A stretch of DNA of 63,603 bases, filler included, from Octopus bimaculoides (lineage: Eukaryota), in NCBI RefSeq assembly GCF_001194135.2. It is 5 parts of 4 records of this genome, joined end to end, with 100 filler letters (N's around TTAATTAATTAA, not from the genome) between each part and the next. Parts side by side here need not be neighbours in the genome. Positions count along the whole stretch, not along the records: positions 13,987 to 41,927 come from NC_068981.1; 4 more parts are not named here. One strand, written 5' to 3'. The position numbers and the translations under genes were made by a program. Within the stretch, counting starts at the first letter, position 1. Every line of letters starts with the position of its first letter. Under the pieces are notes generated by a model. The model searched no databases. It was not told the origin of the DNA and was given only the letters and a program-made list of their open reading frames with translations. Positions 23,045-37,670 of the stretch are shown here, one piece after another.

Positions 23045-23590
23045 AAACATGTCACATGTAATCAGCATGTGTCCAAAAATATCTCCGACGTACTATCTTC
23101 TACTACGACATGGTGTTGTGGCTAAACAATAAACAGTATTATCCTCTGAAAGGGTTGTCTTGGGATAAATATAAACAATATCTCTGTTATTGAATACATA
23201 TCATCAACACAAGGAATATTGGGAGAATATTTTCCTCAGATCATTTTTCCAGGAGGAAACATAACAGGACTGATATAGGTATTCGGGAGAAGGGAAAGAA
23301 AAATCATGTATGACTACATAGGTTAGCTGCCCGGCAGATGTGAACATGTCTTTCAATATTAGTCAGAAGGAGAATATTTATGGACAGCTGTTTCTAAACC
23401 TCTATCTTGATATTAAATTCACTTTTGCATCTATAATCATTAGTGCAATTAACAATGTAAGTAAATGTAAATGTCTAAAAAACAATCTGGAAAAGAATGG
23501 TTTTTCGGGTTTGGAAAGAGACCGGTTAACACGAACTTTACAATCTGTAAGTGGAAAAGCAAAAATTTGCAAAACTTTCTAAAGTTAGAT
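23045..23590 (+). mobile_element. Degenerate REL-clade retrotransposon 3' fragment
   Basis: MSHVISMCPKISPTYYLLLRHGVVAK (CCHC/RH), SCPADVN...EKENIYG-like and IIISAI...KICKTF motifs. Confidence 0.75.
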
Positions 23591-23595
23591 AATTG

Positions 23596-23998
23596 CAGGA
23601 GTGGCTGTGTGGTAAGTAGCTTTCTTACCAACCACATGGTTCCGGGTTCAGTCCCACTGAGTGGCACCTTGGGCAAGTGTCTTCTACTATAGCTTCGGGC
23701 CGACCAAAGCCTTGTGAGTGGATATGGTAGACGGAAACTGAAAGAAGCTCGTCGTATATATGTATATGTATATATATATACGTGTGTGTGTGTGATTGTG
23801 TGTCTGTGTTTGTCCCCCCAACATCGCTTGACAACCGATGCTGGTGCGCTTACGTCCCCGTAACTTAGCGGTTAGGCAAAAGAGACTGATAGAATAAGTA
23901 CTAAGCTTACAAAGCATAAGTGCTGGGGCCGATTTGCTTGACTAAAACGGCGGTGCTCCAGCATGGCCGCAGTCAAATGACTGAAACAAGTAAAAGAG
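23596..23998 (+). mobile_element. tRNA-derived SINE family 1, full length; other copies at 10052-10443(-), 39690-40023(-), 50398-50766(-), 56545-56935(-), 32200-32365(+), 9490-9850(+), 6290-6530 and 6920-7035(-), 15330-15570(-)
   Basis: Head GGAGTGGCTGTGTGG (A box) ...GGTTCAGTCCC (B box), shared body, internal AT/GT microsatellite, common tail. Confidence 0.85.
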
Positions 23999-25211
23999 TA
24001 AAAAAGTAATTAACGCTACTGTTATCCAAATTCCAGAGCTTTTTTCCCTTTGTTAGAAACCAGCTCTCATTCAAGGAAAAAAATTAATAGAAGTAGTCAT
24101 GCAACATAAGTAACTATTTCTGTTTTTGCTTTATCGGAATTTGTCGATTGTCTCTGTGTTTGCATCATTTTGATGCGTGTTCTCAGGCCCTTTTTTGAAT
24201 AATTTGATGATAGGAACCCCAGTCCTGTCAAACCATATATTCTAATCGTCAGAAAGAATCAGCCAAGCCATAGACGGTAATGTGGTGAGTCACTTTATTC
24301 TAGCATGCCGTAGAATATCTACTTAGACAGAAACTAAGGTCACTAGTAGCTGCCGGATTCTGGAGCAGATTGCAAGTCTTCCCCTCTCCCTGCTGCCTAT
24401 GTTTATCTGAAAGAAAGACCATCAAATTGAGCCAATACAGCTTAGGACAAGTATCGTCATAGGTGTTGCTATCAGAGCGCAAAGAGCCGGAATAGATATT
24501 GCAATATATCTGATCCGATATTCTCACTGTTCCGCCAGTCTGCAGCTCTAGATTGATGCAGTTTATCGACTTCGAATGGATGAAACACGTAAGATTGACT
24601 TGAGCAGTATTTGAACTCAGAGCATAAAGAATCGGAACAAATACTGCAAGGCATTCTATCCTGTGACTTAACGACTCCTACAGTTCGCTGCGTTTTTATA
24701 CATGTGAATGTATATACAAAGTTTTCTGTATATGTACGTGTGTCTATACAAGTGAGTTTGGTTTTTAATAATATCTATAACCCTTACGCTGTTACTTTGT
24801 AGAAGTTCTCTATTTGTATCAAACCACGTCTTCTCTATGTATTATCTATATCTGCTTAAAGCGATTGCTTCGGAAAGCTGTTACTATTTCCTTAGTTGCA
24901 TTTTCCATCTAAGCTTTCAACTCACTTAACTTCCAGTTTATTATGTCGAAACAGTTGTTTAGTGTATTTATATTTCCTATATCTGGAATCGAACTTACTT
25001 TTTAATACTACTCATTTAGCTCTTCTGTAGCAATGTTTTCTAATTTCTCCTTGTTAGGTATACTCTATCTGAAGAAAATATAGGAATGTTACAGCTGGAA
25101 TGTTTTTGGCCACATGTCTCATGGGATTAGGTTTAGCATGAGACTAAGCACATGCAACATTCAGCTGGCAGAATAAAAAGACTTTCACCACAAAGACTAT
25201 TGAGAGTAATA

Positions 25212-25463
25212 CAGTAATCCCTCTCCATATCGCGGTTCACCTATCGCGGTTCACCTATCGCGGTTCACCTATCGCGGTTTATTATTTAAACTTATGTCGA
25301 TTCCTCCGTGGTATTGTTTTGCATTTATAATAAAATAAATATATACAAATTATAAAACTAACAAAAATATATACAGTACAGTACTGTTTCTACTTCGCGG
25401 ATTTTCACCTATCGCGGGGCGTTTTTGGAACGTAACACCCCCACGATAGTCGAGAGATTACTG
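25212..25463. mobile_element. pogo/Tigger-like MITE
   Basis: TIR CAGTAATCCCTC / GAGAGATTACTG, TA on both sides, internal 14-bp tandem TATCGCGGTTCACC x3.5. Confidence 0.8.
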
Positions 25464-28400
25464 TATCTATAATTCTCATGACATAGATGACACATACCAC
25501 CTTAGTGGTTAGAGGTAGTGAGTTCGATTCGCGGACCGGGTTGTATGTTGTGTTCTTGAGCAAGAAACTTTATTTCACGTTGCTCCAGTTCACTCAGCTG
25601 TAGAAATCAGTTGCGACTCACTGGTGCCAAGCTGTATTGGCCTTTGCCTTTCCCTTGGATAACATCGGTAGCGTGAAGAAGGGAAGAGGCTGGTACGCAT
25701 GGGCGACTGCTGGTTTTCTATAAACAACCTTGCTGGACTTGTGCTTCGGAGGGTAACTTTCTAGGTGCAATCCCATGGTCTTTCATGACTGAAGAGGGTA
25801 GTTACCTTTTACTACCTATGTAGTATATCATTTTTAGAACCACCATACAATATCATATCAGTATGTCAAACATTAGAGACGGTCAAAATATATTTGAGAA
25901 AACAATAAAGTTATACGGTTCTGAAGACACATAACCACTTTGCTTAAACTCTCTCCACGTGTCTTAGAAGAAGACAAAGGAAAAAATTCCATGGAACTTT
26001 AGCTCACAGACAGATCACAAGAGAGAAAATAAAATAACAGGTTTGACATAATTCTTGATGACAGAACTGAAAATGGCGTTTTAATAATAGGTGTAGCAAT
26101 GCCAAATTACAGCAAAGTTGTAGAAAAGAGCGTCGAACAGCTAGGGAATTAACTAATTTACGAAATGTATCAATCATTTCATTTGTAATTGGAATGTGAT
26201 AATCACTCCTTGTTAAAACCAATGTTTCATTACAAACTACGTTACATTGTGATTTTGGTTGCGCCAAATTTAATTGGACGAGTTAATTGAGTTTTAAACA
26301 CCAACGTATGAGCGATTAACGTTACTTTAGCATTTAAGAAGAAGAGCCACTAAAAAAAAATCCAGCTTGAAAAATTGAAAACGCGTAAATAAGTGGATCG
26401 TCACATTGTGTGTGTATGCTCATATGTATAGACACGAAAATATATAGACAATTTTGTATACACATCCACGTGTATATATATTTGTGTACTCGTATATACA
26501 CATATGTATGTATACACGTAATAACATTCGTACATACACGTCTAGTAACCAGTAAAAGCCCATTATTTCCAGGGTGCTTTACACACACACACTCATACAC
26601 ACACACCACACACCACATCAGATACACAGACACTCACACAAACATACACATATACACCACACACACACACGCACACACGTACTTATGTATTCCATTTTAA
26701 TATTTTTGTGAAAGTGTTAGTGTACATGTGTGTGTATAAGTGCGTGTGTGTGTGTGTGTGTGCGTGTGTGTGTGTGTGTGTATGTGTGTGTGTATGTATG
26801 TGTGTGCATGCGCGCACATAAACTTCTCAAGTCACATTTCTTTTAACAACGCATTCCGTTAAGCACTTGAAGAAGATGACCACCGAGCACACCAACAGAT
26901 GCTATTAGTCGCTCACGAACATTGAGCCGTCTTCTCTAATCTAAATACTTGCTTTGACAGAGTTACCATTTAGGCAGAATTAAGACTTCATAATACTGAT
27001 TTCAATTTTGGCACAAGGCCAGCAATTTTGGAGGAGTATGTAAGTTGATTATATCAATCTCAGTGCTCAACGCACCCATTTTATCGGCTCCAAGAGGATG
27101 AAAGGCAAAGTCGACCTCAGTGGCATTTGAACTCAGAACGTGAAGACGGACGAAATGTCGTTAAGCATTTCACCCGGGGTGGTAACGATTTGTGCCAGCT
27201 CGCTGCCTTAAGACTTTATAATATTCTTTTCTACTCTAAGCACAAGGCCCGACATTTATGGGGTGTGGGGACAGTCGATTAGATCTACCCCATTACGCAA
27301 CTAGTACTTAATTTATTGACCCTGAAAGGATGAAAGGCAGAGTCGACCTCGGCGGAAGACTTGATAATATAGCGTTATTTTTGTCACCCAAACTAGTTGC
27401 ACTCGACGACTAGTGAAACAGAAAATGTATTCCATTCGAAGTTTTCTACAGGATAAAATCTTTCTATTAATCCATAGTCTGTAATTTTCTACATTACTAC
27501 AAATATCTATTTTCGACATTGGTAACCTTGATGTGATGATTACTTTACTGACACTTGTATATTTAACTTGATTTTATATTAACTATTTAGACGCAAGCTT
27601 CGTTATTAACTGTTATATAATTTGCTTGCGTTCGTACTAACTGGGCAGTTGAAAAGGAGTTGTAATCAGCTACCAATGAGCGATTAGCGTTCTTTTACTT
27701 TGCCTGGCTACATAACCAGAGGAACTATTGCTTCATTTTGCAGTTGTCCCTTAAGCATTATCATGAATATAGCTGGATTTTCACATCATATATGCATAGA
27801 AAAGGTGTGTGCACGCACACCTCGGCGGAATTTGAATTCCGAATGTAGAGATGGGCGAAATACTGCTAAGAATTTTTCCCGGCGTGTTTACGATTCTGCC
27901 TGCTCGCCACTAATAGTTTTGCTTCCGCTGGTGATATTGGTGAAGACGATGATGACTAGCGCTTGCAAGGTTAGCGTCTTTGCTCCACAATAGGACTTGA
28001 ACGTCTAACTTCGCTATTATTTTGTCTAAGAACAATTCCGTATTTACACACCCGTACCAGCTGTTTATAACTTCATGGCCAAGAAGGATAAACTGTCATT
28101 GACTAAATCAGACACAATCGTTGTTTACAATATACCAGAATAACAGAATAACAAAACAGCACATTTTCGAACGATAGCTTGATACAAACAAGTCAAAACG
28201 TTGCTGGTTTACACGTTGCTGATAACGACGACGATGATGTTGCTGATGATGATAATAATGATAATGGTGGTGGTTAGGTGGTAAGATGGTACTGACGGTC
28301 ACAAACAGCGATGATTATGAGAGTTGTTACTTTAATCAGGAAGACTTATTTATAAGTTAAGTGCTGCCAAGGGACATTACCGTAAACGGTTTATAAATTC

Positions 28401-28584
28401 ATGCTTCATTAACTGCAGTATTCCTGTTCAATCATTCTTTCGTTCGTCAATGATAAATTCTTTTTCAATAGGAAGAAAACAAATACAATACGGGGAGGAT
28501 ATATAGTTGATAGGATCTATTCCGGTGTTGCCAGCCCATGCACTGGTACTGTGATGTGGCAGGGTGTGTTATGTGTGTGAACGC

Positions 28585-28618
<34 letters not shown>

Positions 28619-29134
28619 NNNNNNNNNNNNNNNNNNNNNNNNNNNNNNNNNNNNNNNNNNNNNNNNNNNNNNNNNNNNNNNNNNNNNNNNNNNNNNNNNN
28701 NNNNNNNNNNNNNNNNNNNNNNNNNNNNNNNNNNNNNNNNNNNNNNNNNNNNNNNNNNNNNNNNNNNNNNNNNNNNNNNNNNNNNNNNNNNNNNNNNNNN
28801 NNNNNNNNNNNNNNNNNNNNNNNNNNNNNNNNNNNNNNNNNNNNNNNNNNNNNNNNNNNNNNNNNNNNNNNNNNNNNNNNNNNNNNNNNNNNNNNNNNNN
28901 NNNNNNNNNNNNNNNNNNNNNNNNNNNNNNNNNNNNNNNNNNNNNNNNNNNNNNNNNNNNNNNNNNNNNNNNNNNNNNNNNNNNNNNNNNNNNNNNNNNN
29001 NNNNNNNNNNNNNNNNNNNNNNTATATATATATATATATATATATATCTGTATACATATATATACATACTTCTCCGTCGTCGGTTTCAATGACGAAGTTT
29101 TAGTTGTTCAATCAACCGAGTTACCTGCCTATTG

Positions 29135-29470
29135 AACTATTGAATTAGATTGGGAAACGGGAAAATTGATCAAGAACTATCAGCAGATATGCATTAGTTG
29201 ACGTCAAAGATAACGGTTCCTTAAAACCAATACTTGTACGGTCAAAAGGGCACAAAGATATGATGAGATGATGTGGTTCTGGATGACAGTATTTTGGCGT
29301 TAACATTTGACAAAGATGTTGCTCCCTAAAATGACTCATTAAAAATCGTTCACCGAATACGGAAGATTTCCCACTCGAATAAAATACATCAACATTGCAA
29401 TGCAAGAGTTCGCAGAATACTTTTTTTTGTGTTCTAAGAGGTTACTCTACAAATTCTTGCTGCAACAAAT
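29135..29470 (-). mobile_element. Gypsy-type LTR retrotransposon integrase remnant
   Basis: FIRVGNLPYSVNDF and HHLIISLCPFDRTSIGFKEPLSLTSTNAYLLIVLDQFSRFP resemble the integrase Zn-finger/first-D region. Confidence 0.7.
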
Positions 29471-30729
29471 ATTTCTGGTAGTGCATCATAGAACCAGTAT
29501 TAAAATCTTCAGAACGATGTAAGATTTCGAAACAGCTCTTTTCTGGCTTTCAATTGCACTTTTGATTTTTAAGGCAATCATATCAGCTAATAATGTTAAG
29601 AGTACACGTCTGTATAGAGTGCTCAGCCATTTGCACACGTTAATTTCACAAGGAAGCTGTTCCGTTGATTGGATCAACTGGAACCCTCGTCGTCGTAACC
29701 GACGGAGTTAATTTGCTTGGATAAATGTTTCTTAAGTTTAATTTTGGTAGGAGTGATCAAGGAATACCTATTGAAAGTGTGATAACTCCCTTAAATGGAA
29801 GAATTTTGTGTTTGGACTCACTAGAATATCTTAATGGATTACTGTTATTGTGAGAATTACCGTTCTACTAATTTTGTTGACCACCCTTACTTATAATGTC
29901 AAAATGCGTTTGATAAATAAACTTTATTCACAGATTGATACTACCATGGTGGATCTCCGTCATTTGGCGCCGGGAATCCAGTTGCTCTATAGACACGTGC
30001 ACCCGTAACATAATTTTCAGACAGAGTCAAGTTCACGCAGTGTGTGACAAGGCGGTGCTTTTTTAATTATCGGTACAATTAACCTGACAGGCTTCTATAC
30101 CGTTTCCGTCCACTCTGTTTGATTCACAAGGTATGAATCGTCACGGAGCTATAGAAAATAGTAATGGGATTAAACTCGGAACCTTGTGGTTGCGAACCGA
30201 ACTTCTTAACCGTTCGGTCACACTATTATAAAGTAATACTGAAGGGATATTGGTTCGATTGCAATCCCAAAATCACGACCTACAGATTTCATCCCGTCAT
30301 CTATGTATTTAAACTTGTTCCCACATTTTCTGAAAATATAAAGCTTATTAATAAATTGATGGCTATTAAAATAATAGTTTCAAGTATAGACAGAGGGCCA
30401 CGCATTTTCATGGCAAGAGTATATATCATTGTGATCAATTCCGGGATTTCAGTGATTTAAAAAAACAAATATCGAACGTGGAAGAGAAAGGTGGAAGACA
30501 AAGCCGTTTTTGGTAGGATTTGAATTTAGTAGTTAAAAAAGGCGTAGCAATAATGCATATCATTTTGTATGACACTCTGCTACTTCTACTATCAACCAGA
30601 CTTTGGAGTAATGATATGATAAAAACAATACATTTCATATTTTATCTTTCTGCTCAGAGGAAGAATGTTTTCACTCTGAAGTTGAAAAACTTAGCGAACG
30701 CATGACTCAGCTGAAACACTGTTTTCAAA

Positions 30730-31120
30730 ATCATCATCATCATCATCATCATCATTATCATGAGCGTCGTTGTCATCGTCGTCGTCGTCGTTGTTCTCTC
30801 GTCCATATCATCAGCATTAGGTAAGGACTCCAACACGTAGTTGTTTTCTCGACAATGATGGACATGCCTCATTTCCTGTGCCTTCACTAGCCTCTTGCGC
30901 TCATCATCAGTCACAGCACCACTGTTCTCCCGGAAGTCTTCTACATGGTTTTAGAGGGGCACTCGGGTAACATTTTCCCATGGGTTGGTTCTCAGATGAT
31001 GATTTGGCCGGCGGAAACGCTGGATGTCGAAGACAACACACAGAAATCTTCAACAATTTCTCTGACGGTCATCTTGGAGACGATGTGGAATTTTGCTGAA
31101 TGCCACCCAGGGCACCTGAA
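30730..31120 (-). mobile_element. Degenerate RTE-like LINE 3' fragment
   Basis: Frameshifted CLRHP...QIII*EPTHGK...VEDFRENSG, followed by (GAC/GAT)n tail. Confidence 0.5.
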
Positions 31121-31610
31121 TAGCAAAAAAAAAAACGGGGTAAAAATCCAATTGCCTGATGTAAATTAACAAATTTATAATGAACTGTCTACGATATATC
31201 TCTTTATCTCTTTATAATCCTTTTATTACAGCCAAAACACAGGACTGTGTTACTGCGAAAACGGTGTGGTGCTGGTCTGGAGCTTTATTTTCTCTTCACA
31301 TCATAGCACATAAAAATGAAACCAATCTTCTTTTTACTCTTCAAAATTCCATCTCGTCCATCACGTACATCTGACGAAAACAAAAGAAGAAAGGAAAAAA
31401 GACAGAAGAAAAGAAAGAAGTCAAACAAGAATAAGACAAGGTAAAACAAGAAAAGCAGGATGAATTGACATGTGAAAGTTTCATCTGCGATCTTTATTGA
31501 CCTTGTGAAATCGATACAAAGAAGGCTATGTTAAAATCGTGACAAGATTAATTATCGGCTGTAATTAAGTAAATCGCACACGCATGCACCCACCCACAGA
31601 TTTATACGCA

Positions 31611-31652
<42 letters not shown>

Positions 31653-33061
31653 TTGTATACGAACTCACAATTTTGTTTTATACTTTTCTGTTTTGGCTAT
31701 AGTTTCTTCTTTCTGCATTGAAGCTAATCTTTCCACAGCGACTGGAGACTGTTTATCTTATTTGCTTTCTCAACAACAACTCCTCACAAATGCTTTTTGC
31801 TTTATTGTAAATATATCGGGTTTGATGATCTGAAATTCAGATTTGAAGGATCCTATATCACATTTCAACTCGGTTATTTCATTCCAATCGAGGATTCCAT
31901 GTAGTCGCCCAATTATCAACAAAAGGCAAATAAATGGCTTATATTTCCTCTACTGTGTTTCACAAAATTCATAGCCAACGCATTTAAAACTCGTTGGTTT
32001 GAATATAGAACAACAGACCACAGCTTATTAGCCGCATTTCAACAAGCCGCAATCTAATTCGCAACAGGTATATAGAATGGGTGTGATTTAGGGAAAATGT
32101 TTTTAATTCAAATTGTGCCTAATAAATAAAGTTTTATAAAATATTTTATTGGCGTAAACAAGGAAACAGACAAAAATAAGTTTAAAAATACAAATAGGCG
32201 CATGTGTAGCTGTGTGATTGGGAAGCTTCCCAACCATTCGGTCTTGAGTTTAGTCCCACAATGCGGCACCTTGGGCAAGTGCCTTCTACTATAGCTCCGA
32301 GCTGACCAAGGCCTTGTGGGTAGATTTGGTAGATAGAAGCTGAACGAAACTATCGTATACACGTGCGCGCGTGCACACACACAGATATATGTATGTATGT
32401 ATATATATATATANNNNNNNNNNNNNNNNNNNNNNNNNNNNNNNNNNNNNNNNNNNNNNNNNNNNNNNNNNNNNNNNNNNNNNNNNNNNNNNNNNNNNNN
32501 NNNNNNNNNNNNNNNNNNNNNNNNNNNNNNNNNNNNNNNNNNNNNNNNNNNNNNNNNNNNNNNNNNNNNNNNNNNNNNNNNNNNNNNNNNNNNNNNNNNN
32601 NNNNNNNNNNNNNNNNNNNNNNNNNNNNNNNNNNNNNNNNNNNNNNNNNNNNNNNNNNNNNNNNNNNNNNNNNNNNNNNNNNNNNNNNNNNNNNNNNNNN
32701 NNNNNCTCTTTTTTTTTAAAATTTTTTTCTCAATTTATAGGATCGTGCTCAAAGAGGTATCGTCACTCGCACGCACCATCTTTGCTACATTCACCCACCT
32801 TTTAATGAAACTTTCACGAGACAAAAACTGTCTCTCTATTCTCACCTTCCTTTTCAAGTGATACTTGAAAAAGTTGATGAGCGATTGGCCAGAGAGGTAA
32901 GTTTTCGTCTCTAATTATTTCGCTCGGGTCCATCATACATGATAGAAGTAAATAGACACCCCATTAAACATCATTTTATGCTTATTTAAACTTGAAAAGG
33001 TTTATATTTTTTTTATCAATTGACATTGTTATGTTCACGTTCTATATGTGATTGTTTAATC

Positions 33062-33415
33062 ATGCCACACACAAAAGAAGCCTTAGAACTGTTCGAATTT
33101 CAAAGAAACCGTTTTGTGGGTCAATCTGAAGGTGAACTTAGCATAAAATCGCAGAAAACCTTGGGATATCGCTTTCTACAGTTAATTAAGCGATTTGCAC
33201 AATTAACCAGAGAGGAGTAGTCAACATCACTTCGCCCAGGTCGACTAGGACCTTCTGATAGGTTTCTTCGCTTTGTTAAGAGAAGTGTGGAGGATAATCC
33301 TCGTTGCATGGTCTCTGTCATAGCAGAACGAATTGTCAGGTATCTCCACAAACTTGGCTACTATGGCAGAGCAGCAAGAAGGAAGCCATTTTTCTGCAGT
33401 CCTAACATGCATAAG
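33062..33415 (+). mobile_element. Tc1 transposase N-terminal remnant
   Basis: MPHTKEAL.FEFQR...GQ...RPGR...YLHKLGYYGRAARRKP. Confidence 0.7.
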
Positions 33416-33429
33416 TAAAGGTTAAGCAA

Positions 33430-33800
33430 GGGTCAGCTTCCAGAACCTGTCGCCAAACATGGGCGTTTCGAACACAAGGTGATACTCTGCTATTGGTGGA
33501 ATTATTGCATGAGCGGAGATAAATCACATCGAGTTCGTTCTGGACGGTCAAACCATCGACGTTAATCTGTACTCCGAACAGCTGGAAGAAATGTCATTGT
33601 GCTGCAAAAATACCCGGCGTTGGTAACAGAAAGTAGCGAGTTCTTCAACAAGACAACACAAGATCTCACGCCACTCGAACGATCCGCAATGAACTCCAGG
33701 AACTTGAGGGACTCGAATTGATGCCAAACCAAGCATGTATTCGGAACCTAACTCACTCAGATTATTATTTGTTACCAAAATATTGCAAAATTTTTGACTC
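33430..33800 (+). mobile_element. mariner (DD34D-type) transposase C-terminal remnant
   Basis: KVILC.WWN, GQTIDVNLYSEQL, KYPALV, LQQDNTRSHA, LQELEGLELMP across frameshifts. Confidence 0.7.
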
Positions 33801-36800
33801 AACGTAATAAAATAACTCCGTGGATAACGAAATTCTAAATGCTCTATGTCTAATAAAAAAAATCAAGATGGCAACGGTTAGGGCGCATTTGATTATGCCA
33901 TGCTTGATCAGACTTCACTTGAGGTTAAAGAGTAAGACGCATCAAAGTAAAGTATGAAACCCACTACTCTGCCCGTTCTATAAATTGCAGTAATGTGAGC
34001 AGATTAAGAGAAAAAGCAATAGATTTCTAAGCTTAAGAAGCCTACTAGCAATACACATTCTTTTAGCCATTAAATAGGAGATTGTCTACAAACTGCTTGT
34101 ATGGAAACCGAACATTATGAGGATGCATTATAATTTTACGCAGTCAATCTAGGATTTACAACTTCAACATCCAAACAAATAATATCTTAATCAATGTAGA
34201 TGAATTTATTTAGATTTCGTTTCTTTTATCAGACTTATAATTTATTGACTGCTCCCTATTTTTGTATTCCTAAATCTATTTTAAAAAATCATTGAATTGG
34301 GAGAGACTCCAAGAGAGGAAAAAAAAGACAAATTTGTTACCTACATTTAATTTTTTTTTATCTGTTTGAGAATTATTTAAAGTAGTTTTAGATGAGAAAT
34401 TAAATAGAATCGAAATTGGTTTCCACTCACTGCAAAACACAGCAAAGTGGTGCATAAAGTGCCAGTCACTTCCTTTCAGTAAAACGCAAGATCTCAGATT
34501 TTATTGTGATGTTCGTACCCCTTTGTAACACCATTAGAAAAATAATTGTGAAATGATTTCATCAGAAATCCCAAAACTGGATTTACTTCAAACTCACGTA
34601 TTCATAACTGATAATATTACATGTGACTAGAAGCAAGTCCAACGTAAATTGAGAGAAAAGAGCTGTATAGTATTTGGTGAAATTGAAGAGAATGTAAATT
34701 CAACTTTAGCACGATTTGAACGGGAGACTAAATGGAATTAATATATATTACAAGGAATTTAATTCAATTCTCAAGTGTCTCGGTCATCATTTCAGTTATT
34801 TTTATGGATAAAATAAAAATAATTATACAAACAATTGAAATATAAAAAAAAGAAAAAAGAAAGAAACTGAATCAATGAAGGAAACATTCGATCAGTGGCA
34901 TCATGTTGGCAACGAACCATGAAAGTTTCTAAAATGTTATAAATTCATTAGTAATAAAAATAGATTGGAAATTAGAATTATTGATCTATGACAATTCTTC
35001 AACACTTAATGAAATAAATGTCGATCGAAGATTTCTGTCTTCTTTTTATTTAATATTCCTTCGAACTTCAGACGAGAAGCTCAGAAGTTAAGACTAAAGT
35101 CTATATTTATACGCATGATAAGCTGCTTTATCAATTGCCGCAACACAAGTTCGATTCTTGTCGATTACGATTTCCAATCGCAGTTAAAAACATGGAAAGA
35201 AAAGGCTCCACTATTTTAAAAACAATGTGACTGTAAAGAAACATATTAGATATACTTCTTGTTCTATTTTATAGGAGATTAATACTATTTGCTTTCAATG
35301 GATCTAGATACGCACGTTTATAAACATAATAGTGACATAAAAAAACCCCCCACCAATAATTGTACGCTCCAATGCGAACTTGTAATTCGTGGTATTCTAA
35401 CTGTAGATTTTAAATCAATTAGTAGTTAATTGGTAATGTATTCATATACTTTGCTGAATTAAATTCAGTGTATCATTCGTTATGTAAGACATTAGATGTA
35501 AGAAATAATAAATCTTTTATAAACGCAGTAGGTTATGTATATAGCACGAATTGGATCAATGTTGTAGCAATTGTACATCTGTATGCTTTCCTTCGAAGGA
35601 TGCTTTGTATGGTGAATACCATTCTCTGGTATAAGAGAGATGCAGGATTTGGTTCTTGTCAGCCGGGTCCTTGTAAGATTCTGCGGTCAACCATTGTTTA
35701 CGAATATAAAGGTGAACGTTATTTGTACAAAGATGTTGGAAAATAGTATAATCGGTATAAGAGTAAAGGCTTCCTTTGTCCATGAATGACCATGAGATTG
35801 CGCCTAGAAAGTTACCCTCCGAAGCACAAGCCCGGGCAAAGTTGTTTATGGAAGACTAGCAGTCACCCATGCATACCAGCCTCCTCTCTCCACACCCCCC
35901 ACGATGTTATCCAAGGGAAAGGCAAAGGCCGATACAGCTTGGCACCAGTGATGTCGCAACTGATTCCTACAGCTGAGTGAACTGGGGCAACGTGAGATAA
36001 AGTGTCTTGCTCAAGAATACAACACGCAACCCAGTCTGGGAATCGAAGTCACCGTCCCATGATTGTGAGCCCGACGTTCTAACCATTGAGCCATGCGCCT
36101 TCACAGGTGGTAACTATATGTCACTTTAAAATCTGCGTTCAATTCAGGTCGAGGTTAACTTTTACAGTATCTTCTCCACGGTCGATAAAATAAGGATCAG
36201 AAGAGTACTAAGTTCAGTACGTCTGATAATTTTTACTTTTTTCTTGAGACCGAGGATTCATAAAGCCTGTTACTAGATTTCCACGGGGTATAAGCTCTGA
36301 ACGTGAAACCGGTCCGTTACAAGGCTCACGGCCAGCAATATTGAGGGGAAGAGGGCCCACTGACTACGTCTACCCGAGTACTTGACACGTACTTTATTTT
36401 CTCTTCCCCGAGGGGATTAAAGGTGAAGTTGACCTTAGTAAGATTTGAATTACGAACGTAAAGAGTCAGAAGAAATACCAAGTGCTTTGTGATGCCTGCT
36501 AACATCTCTGTGCCTGTCCACCGCCTTAATATCTGATAGCCTCCTCAATTTATGTGGCATTTTGCCTGGGTTAGAAATCAATATTATTTATATCAAGAAA
36601 AAAGCGGCGAGCTGACAATTGCTAGCGTGTCGAGCAAAATGCTTATCAGCATTTCTTCTGGTTTTACGTTCTGAATTCAATTTCCGCCGAGGTAGTCTTT
36701 CATCATTCGGGGCCGATAAAATAAGCACCATTTGAGCTCTGGAGTCGATGTCCTGCCCGGAGTTACTGGTGTTGCACTAAAATTTGAAATTATCATTTAT

Positions 36801-37405
36801 ATAAAGAGAAAGGCGGCGAGATGGCAGAATTGTTAGCCTTTCGGACAAAACGCTTAGCGGCATTTCTTCCGGCTTTACGTTCTGAGATTGAATTCCGTCG
36901 AGGTTGATAAAATAAGTACCAGCTAAGCACTGGGGTCAATGAAATTGATTTACTCTTACCGCCAAAATTTCAGGCATTATGCCCTATATATTCGATCCTC
37001 TCCACTGCGCATTCCATTCCCTTCTTCAACAGCACTTAGTATCATGAGTATTCACTCGGATCCCGAACGATAATATAACTTATACTCTTTTTTATAGTTG
37101 TTTACACATACATAGATATCTCCTTATTAAATTCGCTAGAAAAGCATGTCGTTTTAATGAGGCTGATAGTGAGTAAAAATGGTAAACTAGCCAACCGACA
37201 AAATACACAACCTTGAAAATAAGGACCAGACTGAAATAAGTATTGAGATTAGTATGAATCGATCAAACAAACCCAAAAGTGATGCCTCCGAATGACCAAT
37301 GGCAGTATAAATAACAAAAGGAAGAATATATAATAATAAGTGTATATATAAATACACTCATATATGCATGCATACACTATGTGTATGTGCGTGTGTGTAT
37401 GAGTG

Positions 37406-37448
<43 letters not shown>

Positions 37449-37670
37449 NNNNNNNNNNNNNNNNNNNNNNNNNNNNNNNNNNNNNNNNNNNNNNNNNNNN
37501 NNNNNNNNNNNNNNNNNNNNNNNNNNNNNNNNNNNNNNNNNNNNNNNNNNNNNNNNNNNNNNNNNNNNNNNNNNNNNNNNNNNNNNNNNNNNNNNNNNNN
37601 NNNNNNNNNNNNNNNNNNNNNNNNNNNNNNNNNNNNNNNNNNNNNNNNNNNNNNNNNNNNNNNNNNNNNN

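Noticed and set aside
24999-25068. Missing upstream CFAP298 exon (ttcttcag| ... |gtaagt on minus strand)
   Set aside because: Stops in all frames and no similarity to CFAP298. I found no upstream CFAP298 exon elsewhere in the window; they probably lie in or beyond the gap at 13887.
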